Source of the DNA: an archaeon
GTDB taxonomy: Archaea; Micrarchaeota; Micrarchaeia; Norongarragalinales; UBA97
Assembly: GCA_020057405.1 (NCBI GenBank)
Contig: JAGVFW010000014.1
Span: forward strand, 32,001-96,000
DNA: 64,000 nucleotides
Direction: 5' to 3'
Below are positions 29,098-38,352 of this stretch, piece by piece; positions within the stretch are counted from its first letter, which is position 1; each line of letters starts with the position of its first letter. The notes under the pieces are model-generated. The model made no database searches and was not told where the DNA came from. It saw only the letters and a program-made list of their open reading frames with translations. The position numbers were made by a program, and so were the translations under genes.

Positions 29098-29222
29098 CGC
29101 AAAACACCTCGGAGAAAGGAGGGCGGGGGCGGATAAAAAGGCTTTTGGTGGCCGTTTGAGACGGTTTTTGGCAAAAAGCTCTTAAGCGCACGCCGCGAAG
29201 AATGGCTTGAGGATTAGCGCCG

Positions 29223-29879
29223 GTGTACTATAGACTCAAGGATTTCATCAACGCGAATTGGGACCGGATTCCTGCCGGTCGCAACATCAGGCGGGATCAG
29301 TGTGTGCTAAGAAAGCACGACAACCTCGTCATTACGAGGCCCACGGTGGCAGTAGTTCGAAAAGCGCGCGCCATTCGCGACTATAGGGATACCGAATTCC
29401 GCGTGATTGCGTGGCCGCACCCTTCGCTCTCGCACGAAATCGAGTTGTCGTCCAAAATCGCGGGAAACTTTCCAGGCAGCGACGCGCCCGGAGCGATTGG
29501 CACGCTGCGCTTTTCAGTCGGGCGGTTCAAGACCCGCTTGTCGCGCCACAAGTACAAAGTGGTGATGGAGTATGGCCAAACGCATTACAAGACGAGCCCC
29601 GAGTACCCCGGCGACCCGACGGTTAGCCGTGAGATTGCAGACGAGCACACTCGCTGGCGCCGGCCCTCGCTTGTGCACGCGATTGAGTTGGCGGCGCAGC
29701 TTGGGACCGTGTTCTTGATTGACATCAACAGCTTCGACCTCCAGCGCCACTTCCACCGCGTTCACCCCAAATTCCTGACGTCGTTTGAGAAAGACTTGAA
29801 CGCGGCAGTAAAGCAGACGGGCGCGCAAATGGTCAGGGACGAAAACCACATTGTCATACGGCCGGCAAGCAAAAAGTAG
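29223..29879 (+). CDS. Hypothetical basic protein
   Basis: 218-aa ORF with GAGG SD; no recognisable family. Confidence 0.6.
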   Translation: MYYRLKDFINANWDRIPAGRNIRRDQCVLRKHDNLVITRPTVAVVRKARAIRDYRDTEFRVIAWPHPSLSHEIELSSKIAGNFPGSDAPGAIGTLRFSVGRFKTRLSRHKYKVVMEYGQTHYKTSPEYPGDPTVSREIADEHTRWRRPSLVHAIELAAQLGTVFLIDINSFDLQRHFHRVHPKFLTSFEKDLNAAVKQTGAQMVRDENHIVIRPASKK

Positions 29880-29885
29880 TGGCCG

Positions 29886-31460
29886 CTATTCCGGCGCTTT
29901 CTCGACGCGCGTGACGGGCTCGCCTGCGTCGTCGAACTTTAGCGTGCCAGCGAAAAGCTGTCGAATGGTGTCGGCGAGCTTCTTTGCGGGGAGGCGCACT
30001 TGCTTTGTCGTCTCGCGGTCGCGCATGGTGACGGTGTGGTCCTTTAGAGTGTCGTAGTCGATTGTGACGCAGTAGGGGACGCCGACTTCGTCGTAGCGCG
30101 CGTAGCGCTTGCCGACAGAGCCGCTCGCGTCGTATTCTGCGCGGAACTCTTTTTTGAGTGCTTCGAAGACTTGCATTGCCTTTTCGTCAAGGCCGTTTCG
30201 CTTCATGAGGGGCAGGATGGCGATGTCTAATGGCGCGACTCCGTGCTTTAGGTGGAGGACAATAGTGCTGCCTTCGCCTGAGGCGGCAGCGGCGCCTTCG
30301 CCGAAAGCGTCGAGGAGGAGGGTGAAGATGAGGCGTTCGCTGCCGAAGGAGGGCTCGAAGCAGTAGGGAACGACTTTTGCCTTGAGTTCCTCGTCGAAGA
30401 CGCTCAAGTCTGCGCCTGAGTGGGCGGCGTGTTGCTTGAGGTCAAAGTCAGTGCGGTTTGCGAGTCCCGCGAGTTCCTTCCAGCCCCAGGGAAAGTCGTA
30501 TTCGATGTCCCAAGTTTCGCTAGAGTAGTGCGAGAGTTCGGTTTGGCCGTGCTTTCTGGCGCGTAGTTTGCCTGGCTTGATGCCTAAGTCGTAGAGAAAG
30601 TTGAAGCACTCGGCGAGCCAGTAGGCGTGCCATCGCGTGCCGATGAGTTTGGCGGTCAGCGCGGCTTCGAGAGTCATTATTTTGCCTGGCGAGCCTTTTT
30701 CGCGCTCGTCTTGGGTGACTAGGAGGAGCTCTTGGGCGAGCATTTGCTTGGTGAGTTGCGGGCAGTCGTTTAGTTTTTGGGGGTGGATGAAGTACTCTAG
30801 CTCCATTTGAGTGAACTCACGGGAGCGAAAGACGAAGTTTCGGGGCGCGATTTCGTTTCTGAAGCTTTTGCCGATTTGGGCGATGCCGAACGGGAGTTTG
30901 CCGCGGCTTGCCGTGAGTGCTGTCTTGAAGTTGGTGAAAATGACTTGTGCTGTCTCGGGGCGCAGGAAGGCGTCGGAAGCGGCAGTGTCTTTTGCGCCGA
31001 CCTTGGTTTTGAACATGAGGTTGAAGGGTGACTTGAAGGCGAGGGAGCCCTTGCACTTGGGGCAGGCGACTTTGTGTTTTGTGAGGAGTTCTTCGAGGCT
31101 CGTGATTGAGAGGCCGTCGACGCTCTCGCCCGTTTGTTCTTCGATTAGCGAGTCGGCGCGGTAGCGCTCGTGGCACTTTTCGCACTCGACCAGCGGGTCG
31201 TTGAAGCTCTCGGCATGCCCGCTTGCTTGCCAGACTGTGGGGTGGGTGATGATGCTGCCCTCAAGGCCGGTGACGTCGAGGCGGTGCTCAACAAAGCGCT
31301 TCCACCATAAGGTCTCGACGTTGCGTTTGAGTTGCGCGCCGTAGCCGACGAAGTCGAAGAAGCCCGCGTAGCCGCCGTAGATTTCGCTGGATTGGACTAT
31401 GAGCCCGCGGCGTGAGCACAAGTTAATTACTTTTTGAGCCAAGTCTGGTTCTTTAGCCAT
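29886..31460 (-). CDS. glyS: Glycine--tRNA ligase (alpha2 type)
   Basis: FNLMF, LRPETAQ, AQIGKSFRNEI.PR..FRSREFTQME, EPSFG, GKRYARYDEVG. Confidence 0.96.
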   Translation of the reverse strand: MAKEPDLAQKVINLCSRRGLIVQSSEIYGGYAGFFDFVGYGAQLKRNVETLWWKRFVEHRLDVTGLEGSIITHPTVWQASGHAESFNDPLVECEKCHERYRADSLIEEQTGESVDGLSITSLEELLTKHKVACPKCKGSLAFKSPFNLMFKTKVGAKDTAASDAFLRPETAQVIFTNFKTALTASRGKLPFGIAQIGKSFRNEIAPRNFVFRSREFTQMELEYFIHPQKLNDCPQLTKQMLAQELLLVTQDEREKGSPGKIMTLEAALTAKLIGTRWHAYWLAECFNFLYDLGIKPGKLRARKHGQTELSHYSSETWDIEYDFPWGWKELAGLANRTDFDLKQHAAHSGADLSVFDEELKAKVVPYCFEPSFGSERLIFTLLLDAFGEGAAAASGEGSTIVLHLKHGVAPLDIAILPLMKRNGLDEKAMQVFEALKKEFRAEYDASGSVGKRYARYDEVGVPYCVTIDYDTLKDHTVTMRDRETTKQVRLPAKKLADTIRQLFAGTLKFDDAGEPVTRVEKAPE

Positions 31461-31561
31461 AAACGATGCACCTTTTCCCTGCGCCTGGAATGGTCAGTGG
31501 CAGAAAAAGCTGTTTATTGGGTTAGGCGCGAAAGCGAATTTAAAGCAGGAGGGTGGGAAGG

Positions 31562-31798
31562 CTAGCGCCGTTTTTTCCTTGCCTTTAGGTATGCCGTCAT
31601 TAGCTTGCTCCACACGTGAAGCACCTTGGAACTGAGCTTTCGGTTTAGTTCCACGCAGTTCTTGCAATCTTGCGTAAATCGCCACATTTCATCTTCAGTT
31701 GCGTCAACGCTCTTGTGCTTGTCACACAAGTTCCAAGCAATTGCCAGGTTTTCAAGAGCGTCAAGCTCGTTGTTTGAGATTTCGATTTCAACTCTCAT
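31562..31798 (-). CDS. Small hypothetical protein (CxxH/CxxC)
   Basis: GGTGA SD; CDKH and CKNC pairs. Confidence 0.55.
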   Translation of the reverse strand: MRVEIEISNNELDALENLAIAWNLCDKHKSVDATEDEMWRFTQDCKNCVELNRKLSSKVLHVWSKLMTAYLKARKKRR

Positions 31799-31887
31799 TC
31801 AATCACCACACTAGGTATACGACACGATGAAAATGGTTGCTTTCGGAAGTGGCTTGCCGGACAGCCGCCGCTTTAGCTTGAAGGCCG

Positions 31888-32358
31888 CTAGGCGACTCGG
31901 GTGCCGAAGTACTTGTTTAGCACAGCCGGGCCTGCGGGACTGGCGAGTAAGGTCTTGTGCCAGGTTTTTAGGTGTGGCTTGATTTCGGCGATTGTGAACT
32001 TGTAAGTTCCTTCTGCGCCCGTAAGCTTGAAAGCCAGGATTGCGTTTCTAAGCTTTTCTGCGCTGACGAAGTGAAAGTAGTTGTTGTGGACGAGGACGAC
32101 GTGGTGGGCGTCATTGTTTCTCCACGCTAAAACGCCGTCGTCAATCTTCTCAAGGCGGAGGGCAACGCCCATGCCGTTAACTGATTTAACCTCAACTTTC
32201 TTGCCGTTTGAAAGCACAAAATCGTGGCCCTTGGCCTTTCCGGTCGAAACCGCGTTTGGCAGCATCAACTGGACCTTTTTTTCGGCAGCCCTACCCGCAT
32301 TCTCAATTTGCCGCTGTATTTTTGGCGTCAATTTGGTTAGCTTTATTCTCGTTGGCAT
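31888..32358 (-). CDS. Putative PD-(D/E)XK nuclease-fold protein
   Basis: GRAAE..HDFVLSNGKKVEVKS motif. Confidence 0.55.
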   Translation of the reverse strand: MPTRIKLTKLTPKIQRQIENAGRAAEKKVQLMLPNAVSTGKAKGHDFVLSNGKKVEVKSVNGMGVALRLEKIDDGVLAWRNNDAHHVVLVHNNYFHFVSAEKLRNAILAFKLTGAEGTYKFTIAEIKPHLKTWHKTLLASPAGPAVLNKYFGTRVA

Positions 32359-32420
32359 GCAAACACCTAGCTCCCCGCCGCTTTAAATAGCTTTGACGAC
32401 AATATAGTTACGAAATTTAC

Positions 32421-34229
32421 ATGGCTAAAAAGTTTGAGCGCAAGGGCAACAAGCCCGGCGGCTTCAAGGATAGAGTCGACAAGACTGGCGGAAAGTTTAA
32501 GCCCAGCGGCGGCTTCGACCGCCCTCGACCGTCTTACGGCGACAGGCCAAGCGGCGACCGCCCCCGGCCAGCTTATGGCGACAGGCCGCGCCCGTCTTAC
32601 GGCGACCGCCCAGGCGGAGACAGGCCCAGGCCAACTTATGGCGAGCGGCGCGAAGGCGGTTTTGACCGGCCTCGGCCGTCTTACGGCAGCGACCGACCGC
32701 GTCCTTCTTATGGAGACCGGCCCCGGCCATCTTATGGAGACAGGAAGCCTACTTACGGAGACCGCCGCGAGGGTGGTTTTGACCGTCCTCGACCCTCCTA
32801 CGGCGACCGAGACCGGCCGCGTCCAGCTTATGGAGACCGACCCCGACCTTCCTACGGCGACAGACCCCGCCCAGCTTATGGAGACCGCCGAGAGGGTGGA
32901 TTTGACCGCCCGAGGCGCGATTTTGGCGATAAGCCGCGGTTTGGCAGTGACCGACCGCGTCCGTCTTACGGCGACAGGCCGAAGCCTGCTTTTGATGCCA
33001 AGCCCAGCGTGGGCGACAAACCCAAGCCGGCGTTTGTAGCCAAGCCTGGCGTTGGCGACAAGCCGAAGCCTTTTGAGAAGCCTGACTTTAGTGATTCTGG
33101 CAGGCGCGAGTTTGAGGATAGGGAGAAGAACTTTCACGCTAGCAGCGCTCGGCGTTACGAGCGCAAGAGTTTTGACCGCAATGGCCCCAGGCGCGACTAT
33201 GGCGACAAGCCGAGGTATGGCGGTGACAGGCCGCGTTATGGCGACCGGGAAGGTGGGGAAAGGCGGTCTTATGCGCCTGGCGGTAGTGGTTTTGGCGGTA
33301 GGCCGCAGAGGCGTGATTTTGATCGCGGTGGCAGTGGGCGGGCTGGTTTTGAGCGCCGCGAGTCTAGCCGCGACGAGAAGCCCAAGTTTGACCACGGTGC
33401 TAAGGTAGACCCGACGAAGACTGACTTTGGCGGAACTGGCTCTTCTCTTCAAGACAAGCGCATGGCGCTTCTACAGCGCGCGAAAGAAAGCGTGAAAGAA
33501 GCGTTTACCGGCAAGGGAGCTGCCCTGGCGCAGTCAATCCGCGCCCTAGACGACCTTGACTACACTAAAAGCCTGCTCTTCTCAAGACTCCAAGAATACT
33601 ACGGCATCCACTTCCCCGAACTCAAGCTCGACAACATGGAAAGCTACGCCAAAATCGCTGCTTTGGGCGACCGAAAGGGCCTAGACGAAAAGAAACTAGC
33701 TTTCCTGGGCCACGGCAAGGCAACCCAAGTGGTTAAATTGGCTGAAAAGAGCTTTGGCTCGGACTTGACGAAGGAAGAAATGGAGTCAGTCCAAAACTTT
33801 GCAACCGCCCTAGTAACTGCGAGCGAATCGCGAGAAAAAATGGCGAAATTCATCGACGAAGAAGCCAACCGCGTCATGCCCAATGTTACTGCATTGACCG
33901 ACGCCTTCCTCGCCGCACGCTTCCTCTCACTCGCCGGCTCACTCGAGAAGATGGCCCGCATGCCCTCAAGCACGATTCAAGTCATGGGCGCCGAAACCGC
34001 CCTCTTCATGCACTTGCGCTCCCACGGCAGGACTCCCCCGCCCAAGCACGGCATCATCTTCCAGTCGGCTCTCGTCAGGGGCGCTCCCCTAGAACAGCGC
34101 GGCAAGATTGCAAGGGCATTGGCTGGAAAGATTTCCATTGCGGTCAAGGCAGACGCTTACACTGGAAACTTCATCGCAGAGAAGTTGAAGAAGGATTTGG
34201 ATGAAAGGCTGAAGGAGATTAGAGGCTAG
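32421..34229 (+). CDS. nop5: Nop5/Nop56 C/D-box RNP protein with long N-terminal repeat IDR
   Basis: Coiled-coil (QSIRALDDLD..RLQEYYGIHFPEL) and Nop domain (MPSSTIQVMGAE.ALF..PPKHGIIF..RGKIARALAGK) from about aa 348. Confidence 0.9.
   Translation: MAKKFERKGNKPGGFKDRVDKTGGKFKPSGGFDRPRPSYGDRPSGDRPRPAYGDRPRPSYGDRPGGDRPRPTYGERREGGFDRPRPSYGSDRPRPSYGDRPRPSYGDRKPTYGDRREGGFDRPRPSYGDRDRPRPAYGDRPRPSYGDRPRPAYGDRREGGFDRPRRDFGDKPRFGSDRPRPSYGDRPKPAFDAKPSVGDKPKPAFVAKPGVGDKPKPFEKPDFSDSGRREFEDREKNFHASSARRYERKSFDRNGPRRDYGDKPRYGGDRPRYGDREGGERRSYAPGGSGFGGRPQRRDFDRGGSGRAGFERRESSRDEKPKFDHGAKVDPTKTDFGGTGSSLQDKRMALLQRAKESVKEAFTGKGAALAQSIRALDDLDYTKSLLFSRLQEYYGIHFPELKLDNMESYAKIAALGDRKGLDEKKLAFLGHGKATQVVKLAEKSFGSDLTKEEMESVQNFATALVTASESREKMAKFIDEEANRVMPNVTALTDAFLAARFLSLAGSLEKMARMPSSTIQVMGAETALFMHLRSHGRTPPPKHGIIFQSALVRGAPLEQRGKIARALAGKISIAVKADAYTGNFIAEKLKKDLDERLKEIRG
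32517..32972 (+). repeat. Coding tandem repeat DRPRP[SAT]YG (12 copies) with RREGGF spacers
   Basis: Repeat is near-exact at protein level while codons vary. Confidence 0.9.
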
Positions 34230-34239
34230 ACGTGGTTTT

Positions 34240-34764
34240 TTGGAATCCACCAAACGAGTTTTAAGTAAAGATGAGATTAAGCGACTAGAAAAACTATTGC
34301 GCCTCTCTTTTCATAGTATTAGAAAAATAAGAGATTCGGACACGTTAGCGAGTGCAATACAGTATCCAAAAATTCCGGCTATTTTTTCGGAATCACTAAT
34401 AATTCAAGCTTCAAAAAAGATTTTTGGACCTAAGTACAACGCCAAGCCTGGAGGAAAGCAATGTGACATAGAACTTTCTTCTAAAGGAAAGCAAAAACTT
34501 AAAGTCGAAATTAAGGCTACAGGCGACAGTAGTTTCCAGTATTTTGGAGAAAAAGACATTAATGCAGACTATTTGGTTTGGGTTTCTTTTGGCAGCTACT
34601 TCAAAAAACAAAGGCCCAAAACAACTATACAAATATTGATTTTATCTCAACCGAACAAAATATTTTTTAAACCAACTAAAATAACTCTCAAAAATTTCAT
34701 CAAAATAAGTAAAAAACACATCAAGACAAAGCACTATAAAAACACGGCTCAACTATTAAGTTAA
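34240..34764 (+). CDS. PD-(D/E)XK nuclease, Bsp6I-like restriction endonuclease fold
   Basis: IPAIFSESL..CDIE..VEIKAT..FGEK..DYLVWVSF; AT-rich DNA. Confidence 0.6.
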   Translation: MESTKRVLSKDEIKRLEKLLRLSFHSIRKIRDSDTLASAIQYPKIPAIFSESLIIQASKKIFGPKYNAKPGGKQCDIELSSKGKQKLKVEIKATGDSSFQYFGEKDINADYLVWVSFGSYFKKQRPKTTIQILILSQPNKIFFKPTKITLKNFIKISKKHIKTKHYKNTAQLLS

Positions 34765-34774
34765 AGGGAAAACC

Positions 34775-35923
34775 ATGGAAGTGCTTTCAAAACTCCGCGA
34801 CGGACGAATTAATGCAGACAATATACTAATCGAGCTTACAATTAAAGAGTACCTTGAACTCGCAGAGAAAATACTAAGCAAAAACGAGTTTCAGCGCCAA
34901 CGAGTAGGCTCATCAAAAACAGTGTACTCCTTGCTAAAAGCAGACTTGTTAAAAGGCTGCGTTATTCCTCCAATTGTACTCGCATCTAGTTCAGATTCAG
35001 AAAAAGCCCTAGATGTTGTCAAGCTTATTGAAAACGGAGATTTACTAATCCTAGATGGACTTCAAAGAACTATGACCTTACTCGATATAAAAAAGGAATT
35101 GGTTGCAAATGGCGATAAAGAAAAATTAGAAGAAATATATAGAGGAAAAATTCGCGTCGAAATATATTCTGGCGTTAATCGTCTTGGAGTACTTTATCGA
35201 ATGCTGACCCTAAATACTGGGCAAACCCCAGTATCCCTTAGACATCAGATAGAAATCCTATATATCGACTACATCAATAGGGACATTAGCGGAATTCACC
35301 TGATACGCGAAGTAGATGACGAAGCACCCGGTAAATCAAAAGAGTACGTTTTTCGGGACATAGTCGATGGTTTTAACGCCTATCTCGATCGCGATATTTT
35401 GCCAATGGATAGACTAGACGTATTAGACAATATCAGGGGACTTGAGAAACTTTCAACGGAGAACCAGAAACTAGACTTGTTCAAGCAGTTTGTGATAACT
35501 TACAATAACTTTATTGAAAAGGTCGAAATGCTCAGTAAAGATTGGGTTCAAGGCGAAAATACTAAAACAATAAGCCGACCATTTGGAAAGACAACTAGGA
35601 AGATCTTTTCAAAGTCGCAGGCAATGACTGGATTCGGATCAGCCGTCGGCAAGCTCGTCGACTACAAATTAGTTACAGGATTCGAACAAATTGACGATAT
35701 GATATCAAAATTAGATAATATCGGGCCGGATACGAGTGCAATTGATCAGCTCCTACTAAACCTTAATACGATTAAAGAGCAGTCTAAGAAAATTGGAACT
35801 TCGCAACGCTTTTACTTCCACTACTTTTTTAGAGAATTATTCAACCATGATGGCGACTCATACCTAAAATTTGATCTCGCCGTACAAAATGGCTACAACA
35901 AATACCTTAGCCAGACGGTCTAA
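34775..35923 (+). CDS. DUF262/ParB-like domain protein
   Basis: FQR, IPPIVL, ILDGLQR, LNTGQTP motifs. Confidence 0.8.
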   Translation: MEVLSKLRDGRINADNILIELTIKEYLELAEKILSKNEFQRQRVGSSKTVYSLLKADLLKGCVIPPIVLASSSDSEKALDVVKLIENGDLLILDGLQRTMTLLDIKKELVANGDKEKLEEIYRGKIRVEIYSGVNRLGVLYRMLTLNTGQTPVSLRHQIEILYIDYINRDISGIHLIREVDDEAPGKSKEYVFRDIVDGFNAYLDRDILPMDRLDVLDNIRGLEKLSTENQKLDLFKQFVITYNNFIEKVEMLSKDWVQGENTKTISRPFGKTTRKIFSKSQAMTGFGSAVGKLVDYKLVTGFEQIDDMISKLDNIGPDTSAIDQLLLNLNTIKEQSKKIGTSQRFYFHYFFRELFNHDGDSYLKFDLAVQNGYNKYLSQTV

Positions 35924-35925
35924 GA

Positions 35926-36987
35926 ATGCCACTAGTTATTGAAAATAGTGGGAACGTCCCATTAAATTTCGCTAGCTACGACAATCCAAAAAAACAAATC
36001 ATCCTAGAACAAGGCGACCTAAGTTGCACACTAGAATACAAGCTGAAATACGATAATCAATTTGACCCAACAAATTTTACAGCCCAGATGCTATTCCACA
36101 ATAACTTATCAGAAAATAATATCTTTCAGGTATATGAAAAAATACTTGGCGAAAGGATCGGCTGGATAATTCCGCTAAGTGCACTCGGATCAAATGAGCA
36201 CGATTATTCCGACAACCCCCACTTTCTTCGATATGCATACGTGGCTTACCGAAAACTAATTGATTCCGATTTTCAAACTAATAAACCAGCATACAAACTC
36301 AACTACACTCTCGAGGACTTCTTCCCACCTAACTCCGCAATATTAGTTTTAAATGATAAAACTCGGAAAATTCCAGATTTCGATATTGACAACTATTTCC
36401 CAACACTATACTTTTACGGATATTATCCCAATTATGTGCGAGTTGAATCAACGAAAGAAATGAGATTTGAAGCAGATCAAAAACGGATAACACTCTATCC
36501 GATTTCCACCGTGCTTCGAGACGAGACCTTCCTAAAAGAATTATTCAAAAACTACCTGAATGTGTCAACAGATGACATTTCAAAATTTCACTTACTTTAT
36601 CAGGTCGTAGAGCTGCTTATAGAACGCGTCTTTAGATCAAAGTTAAAGGCATGGCTTGCCGAGAACCATGAACACGAGGAAGCACATAAACTGCGTGAAA
36701 AAATCCTAGAAATTAGCAATACTGAAAAGCGGCTCGAGATCTTATTTTGCGACTACGTAAAGATTGAACGCCCCTTAACTGAACTCCGATCAATTCTTCT
36801 TGAATTTTTGGACGAAAAATCAGACTCCGACACGCCGACATCAAGGTTACTCTATCAGGCACGAAATGTTATATTTCACGGATATCGCAAACTAACTCCA
36901 GAACAAAAAGCACTCTTAACTGAATTAAATAAGTACTTAGACGAATACCTAGTAAAAGCTGTAGCGACCTACGCCGAAACCACCTAA
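35926..36987 (+). CDS. HEPN-domain protein (putative RNase effector)
   Basis: LYQVVE helix and LYQARNVIFHG (RxxxxH). Confidence 0.7.
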   Translation: MPLVIENSGNVPLNFASYDNPKKQIILEQGDLSCTLEYKLKYDNQFDPTNFTAQMLFHNNLSENNIFQVYEKILGERIGWIIPLSALGSNEHDYSDNPHFLRYAYVAYRKLIDSDFQTNKPAYKLNYTLEDFFPPNSAILVLNDKTRKIPDFDIDNYFPTLYFYGYYPNYVRVESTKEMRFEADQKRITLYPISTVLRDETFLKELFKNYLNVSTDDISKFHLLYQVVELLIERVFRSKLKAWLAENHEHEEAHKLREKILEISNTEKRLEILFCDYVKIERPLTELRSILLEFLDEKSDSDTPTSRLLYQARNVIFHGYRKLTPEQKALLTELNKYLDEYLVKAVATYAETT

Positions 36988-37000
36988 TCCTATCAAAATA

Positions 37001-37042
37001 GGCCGGCAATCCTGGCAAACCACCCAGCCTAGGCTTATAAAG
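37001..37042 (+). promoter_or_regulatory. MTase promoter with tandem CCGGCAA/CTGGCAA boxes and TATA
   Basis: CTGGCAA at 37012, TTATAAAG at 37035; extra CCGGCAA at 37003. Confidence 0.65.
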
Positions 37043-37059
37043 GATTTTTCCCTGATCTT

Positions 37060-38352
37060 GTGGGGATTGTATTGAAGGGCGAAGTTGTGGTTGAAAGGCA
37101 GATTCAGCGTGCTGGCTTGAAGCATGTTGACCATTCTTGGGATTTCGCTAGGGCTAACACTAAGTATTTGACGCACGGAATTCACCCTTACCCGGCCATG
37201 ATGATTCCGCAAGTAGCTAGACGCGCCATTGAAGCCAATAGGGGTACGGCCAAAGTTGGATTGGACCCATTCTGCGGATCCGGAAGTGTTCTTTTGGAGT
37301 TTAAGCTCGCTGGGCTTAGCTCCTATGGAGTCGACATTAACCCATTGGCAACGCTAGTTAGCAGGGTAAAAAATACGCCCATTGCACCCGAAGTGCTGGA
37401 ACAGGAATGGCTCCGCTTGGGCAGGCGCATTGGTGAGATCGCCTTAAGCCGTGATTTCGACGTGCCGCAGTTCTTTAACATCGATTACTGGTTTAAACCG
37501 GAAGTTATTTTGAAACTCGCTGCAATTCGAACTGCCATTGACGAAGTCGTAGATCCAATCACCAGAAATTTCTTCCTCGTTTGTTTTAGTGAAACAGTGC
37601 GCAAGTCGAGTAACACTAGGGGCGGCGAGTTTAAGCTATATAGAATATCCGAAGAGAAATTAGCCGACTACAATCCAGACGCGTTTGAAATAATGTCCGC
37701 AATTGTTAAGCGAAATATTGCGGCAATGGACGAAACATATTCTTTCTGCAAGAAAAACAAGACTGGCAATGTTGAAGTCATTCTTGACGACGTGACAACC
37801 ACTAAAAGCCTTGCAAGTAAGTCGATAGATTTTTTGGTTACATCCCCACCTTACGGTGACAGTAAGACTACCGTAGCTTACGGACAGTTCAGCAGACTTA
37901 GTCTTCAGTGGCTAGGGTTCCCGCAAGAAGTAGTTATGCGATTAGACCAGAGCATGCTGGGGGGAAGGCCCGCACCTAGCCTTGACTTTGAGTTTTCGTC
38001 CCCTTCCCTAGAGAGCGCTGTAACAAAAATAGCTGAAAAAGATGAACTGAGGGCTAGAGAAGTCCTCTCCTTCTTTATCGATTTTCACAAAGCGTCTGAA
38101 AAGTTTGATGCGGTCCTGAAGAAAAAGTCAGGCGTTTGCCTAGTCGTCGGGAATAGAACAGTCAAAGAAATTAAGATTCCCATGGATGAAATCATGGTCG
38201 ACCTTTTCGAAGACTTTGGTTTCGAACACAAGCAAACCATTGTCCGCCAAATTCCTTTAAAACGGATGCCTAGACGCAACAGCCCGACTAACGTCAAAGG
38301 CAATACTGTTTCGACGATGACTGAAGAGAATATCGTGATTCTTTCTCGCTAG
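37060..38352 (+). CDS. N4-cytosine DNA methyltransferase, M.MvaI-like
   Basis: NTKYLTHGIHPYPAMMIPQ, DPFCGSG, DINP, TSPPYGDS.TTVAYGQFS. Confidence 0.9.
   Translation: MGIVLKGEVVVERQIQRAGLKHVDHSWDFARANTKYLTHGIHPYPAMMIPQVARRAIEANRGTAKVGLDPFCGSGSVLLEFKLAGLSSYGVDINPLATLVSRVKNTPIAPEVLEQEWLRLGRRIGEIALSRDFDVPQFFNIDYWFKPEVILKLAAIRTAIDEVVDPITRNFFLVCFSETVRKSSNTRGGEFKLYRISEEKLADYNPDAFEIMSAIVKRNIAAMDETYSFCKKNKTGNVEVILDDVTTTKSLASKSIDFLVTSPPYGDSKTTVAYGQFSRLSLQWLGFPQEVVMRLDQSMLGGRPAPSLDFEFSSPSLESAVTKIAEKDELRAREVLSFFIDFHKASEKFDAVLKKKSGVCLVVGNRTVKEIKIPMDEIMVDLFEDFGFEHKQTIVRQIPLKRMPRRNSPTNVKGNTVSTMTEENIVILSR

Noticed and set aside
31824-31881. Second C/D-like sRNA (ACGATGA...TTGA, with partial complement to 23S GAAGCAGCCAU)
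   Set aside because: Boxes are non-canonical, there is no clear C', and pairing needs G-U wobbles; better explained as promoter DNA with a CCGGCAA copy on the minus strand.
32517-32972. Possible CRISPR array
   Set aside because: Units are degenerate, in frame, have no unique spacers, and no cas genes are nearby.
32367-33452. 361-aa minus-strand ORF opposite the nop5 repeat
   Set aside because: Shadow frame of a low-complexity repeat; the plus frame continues into the Nop domain.
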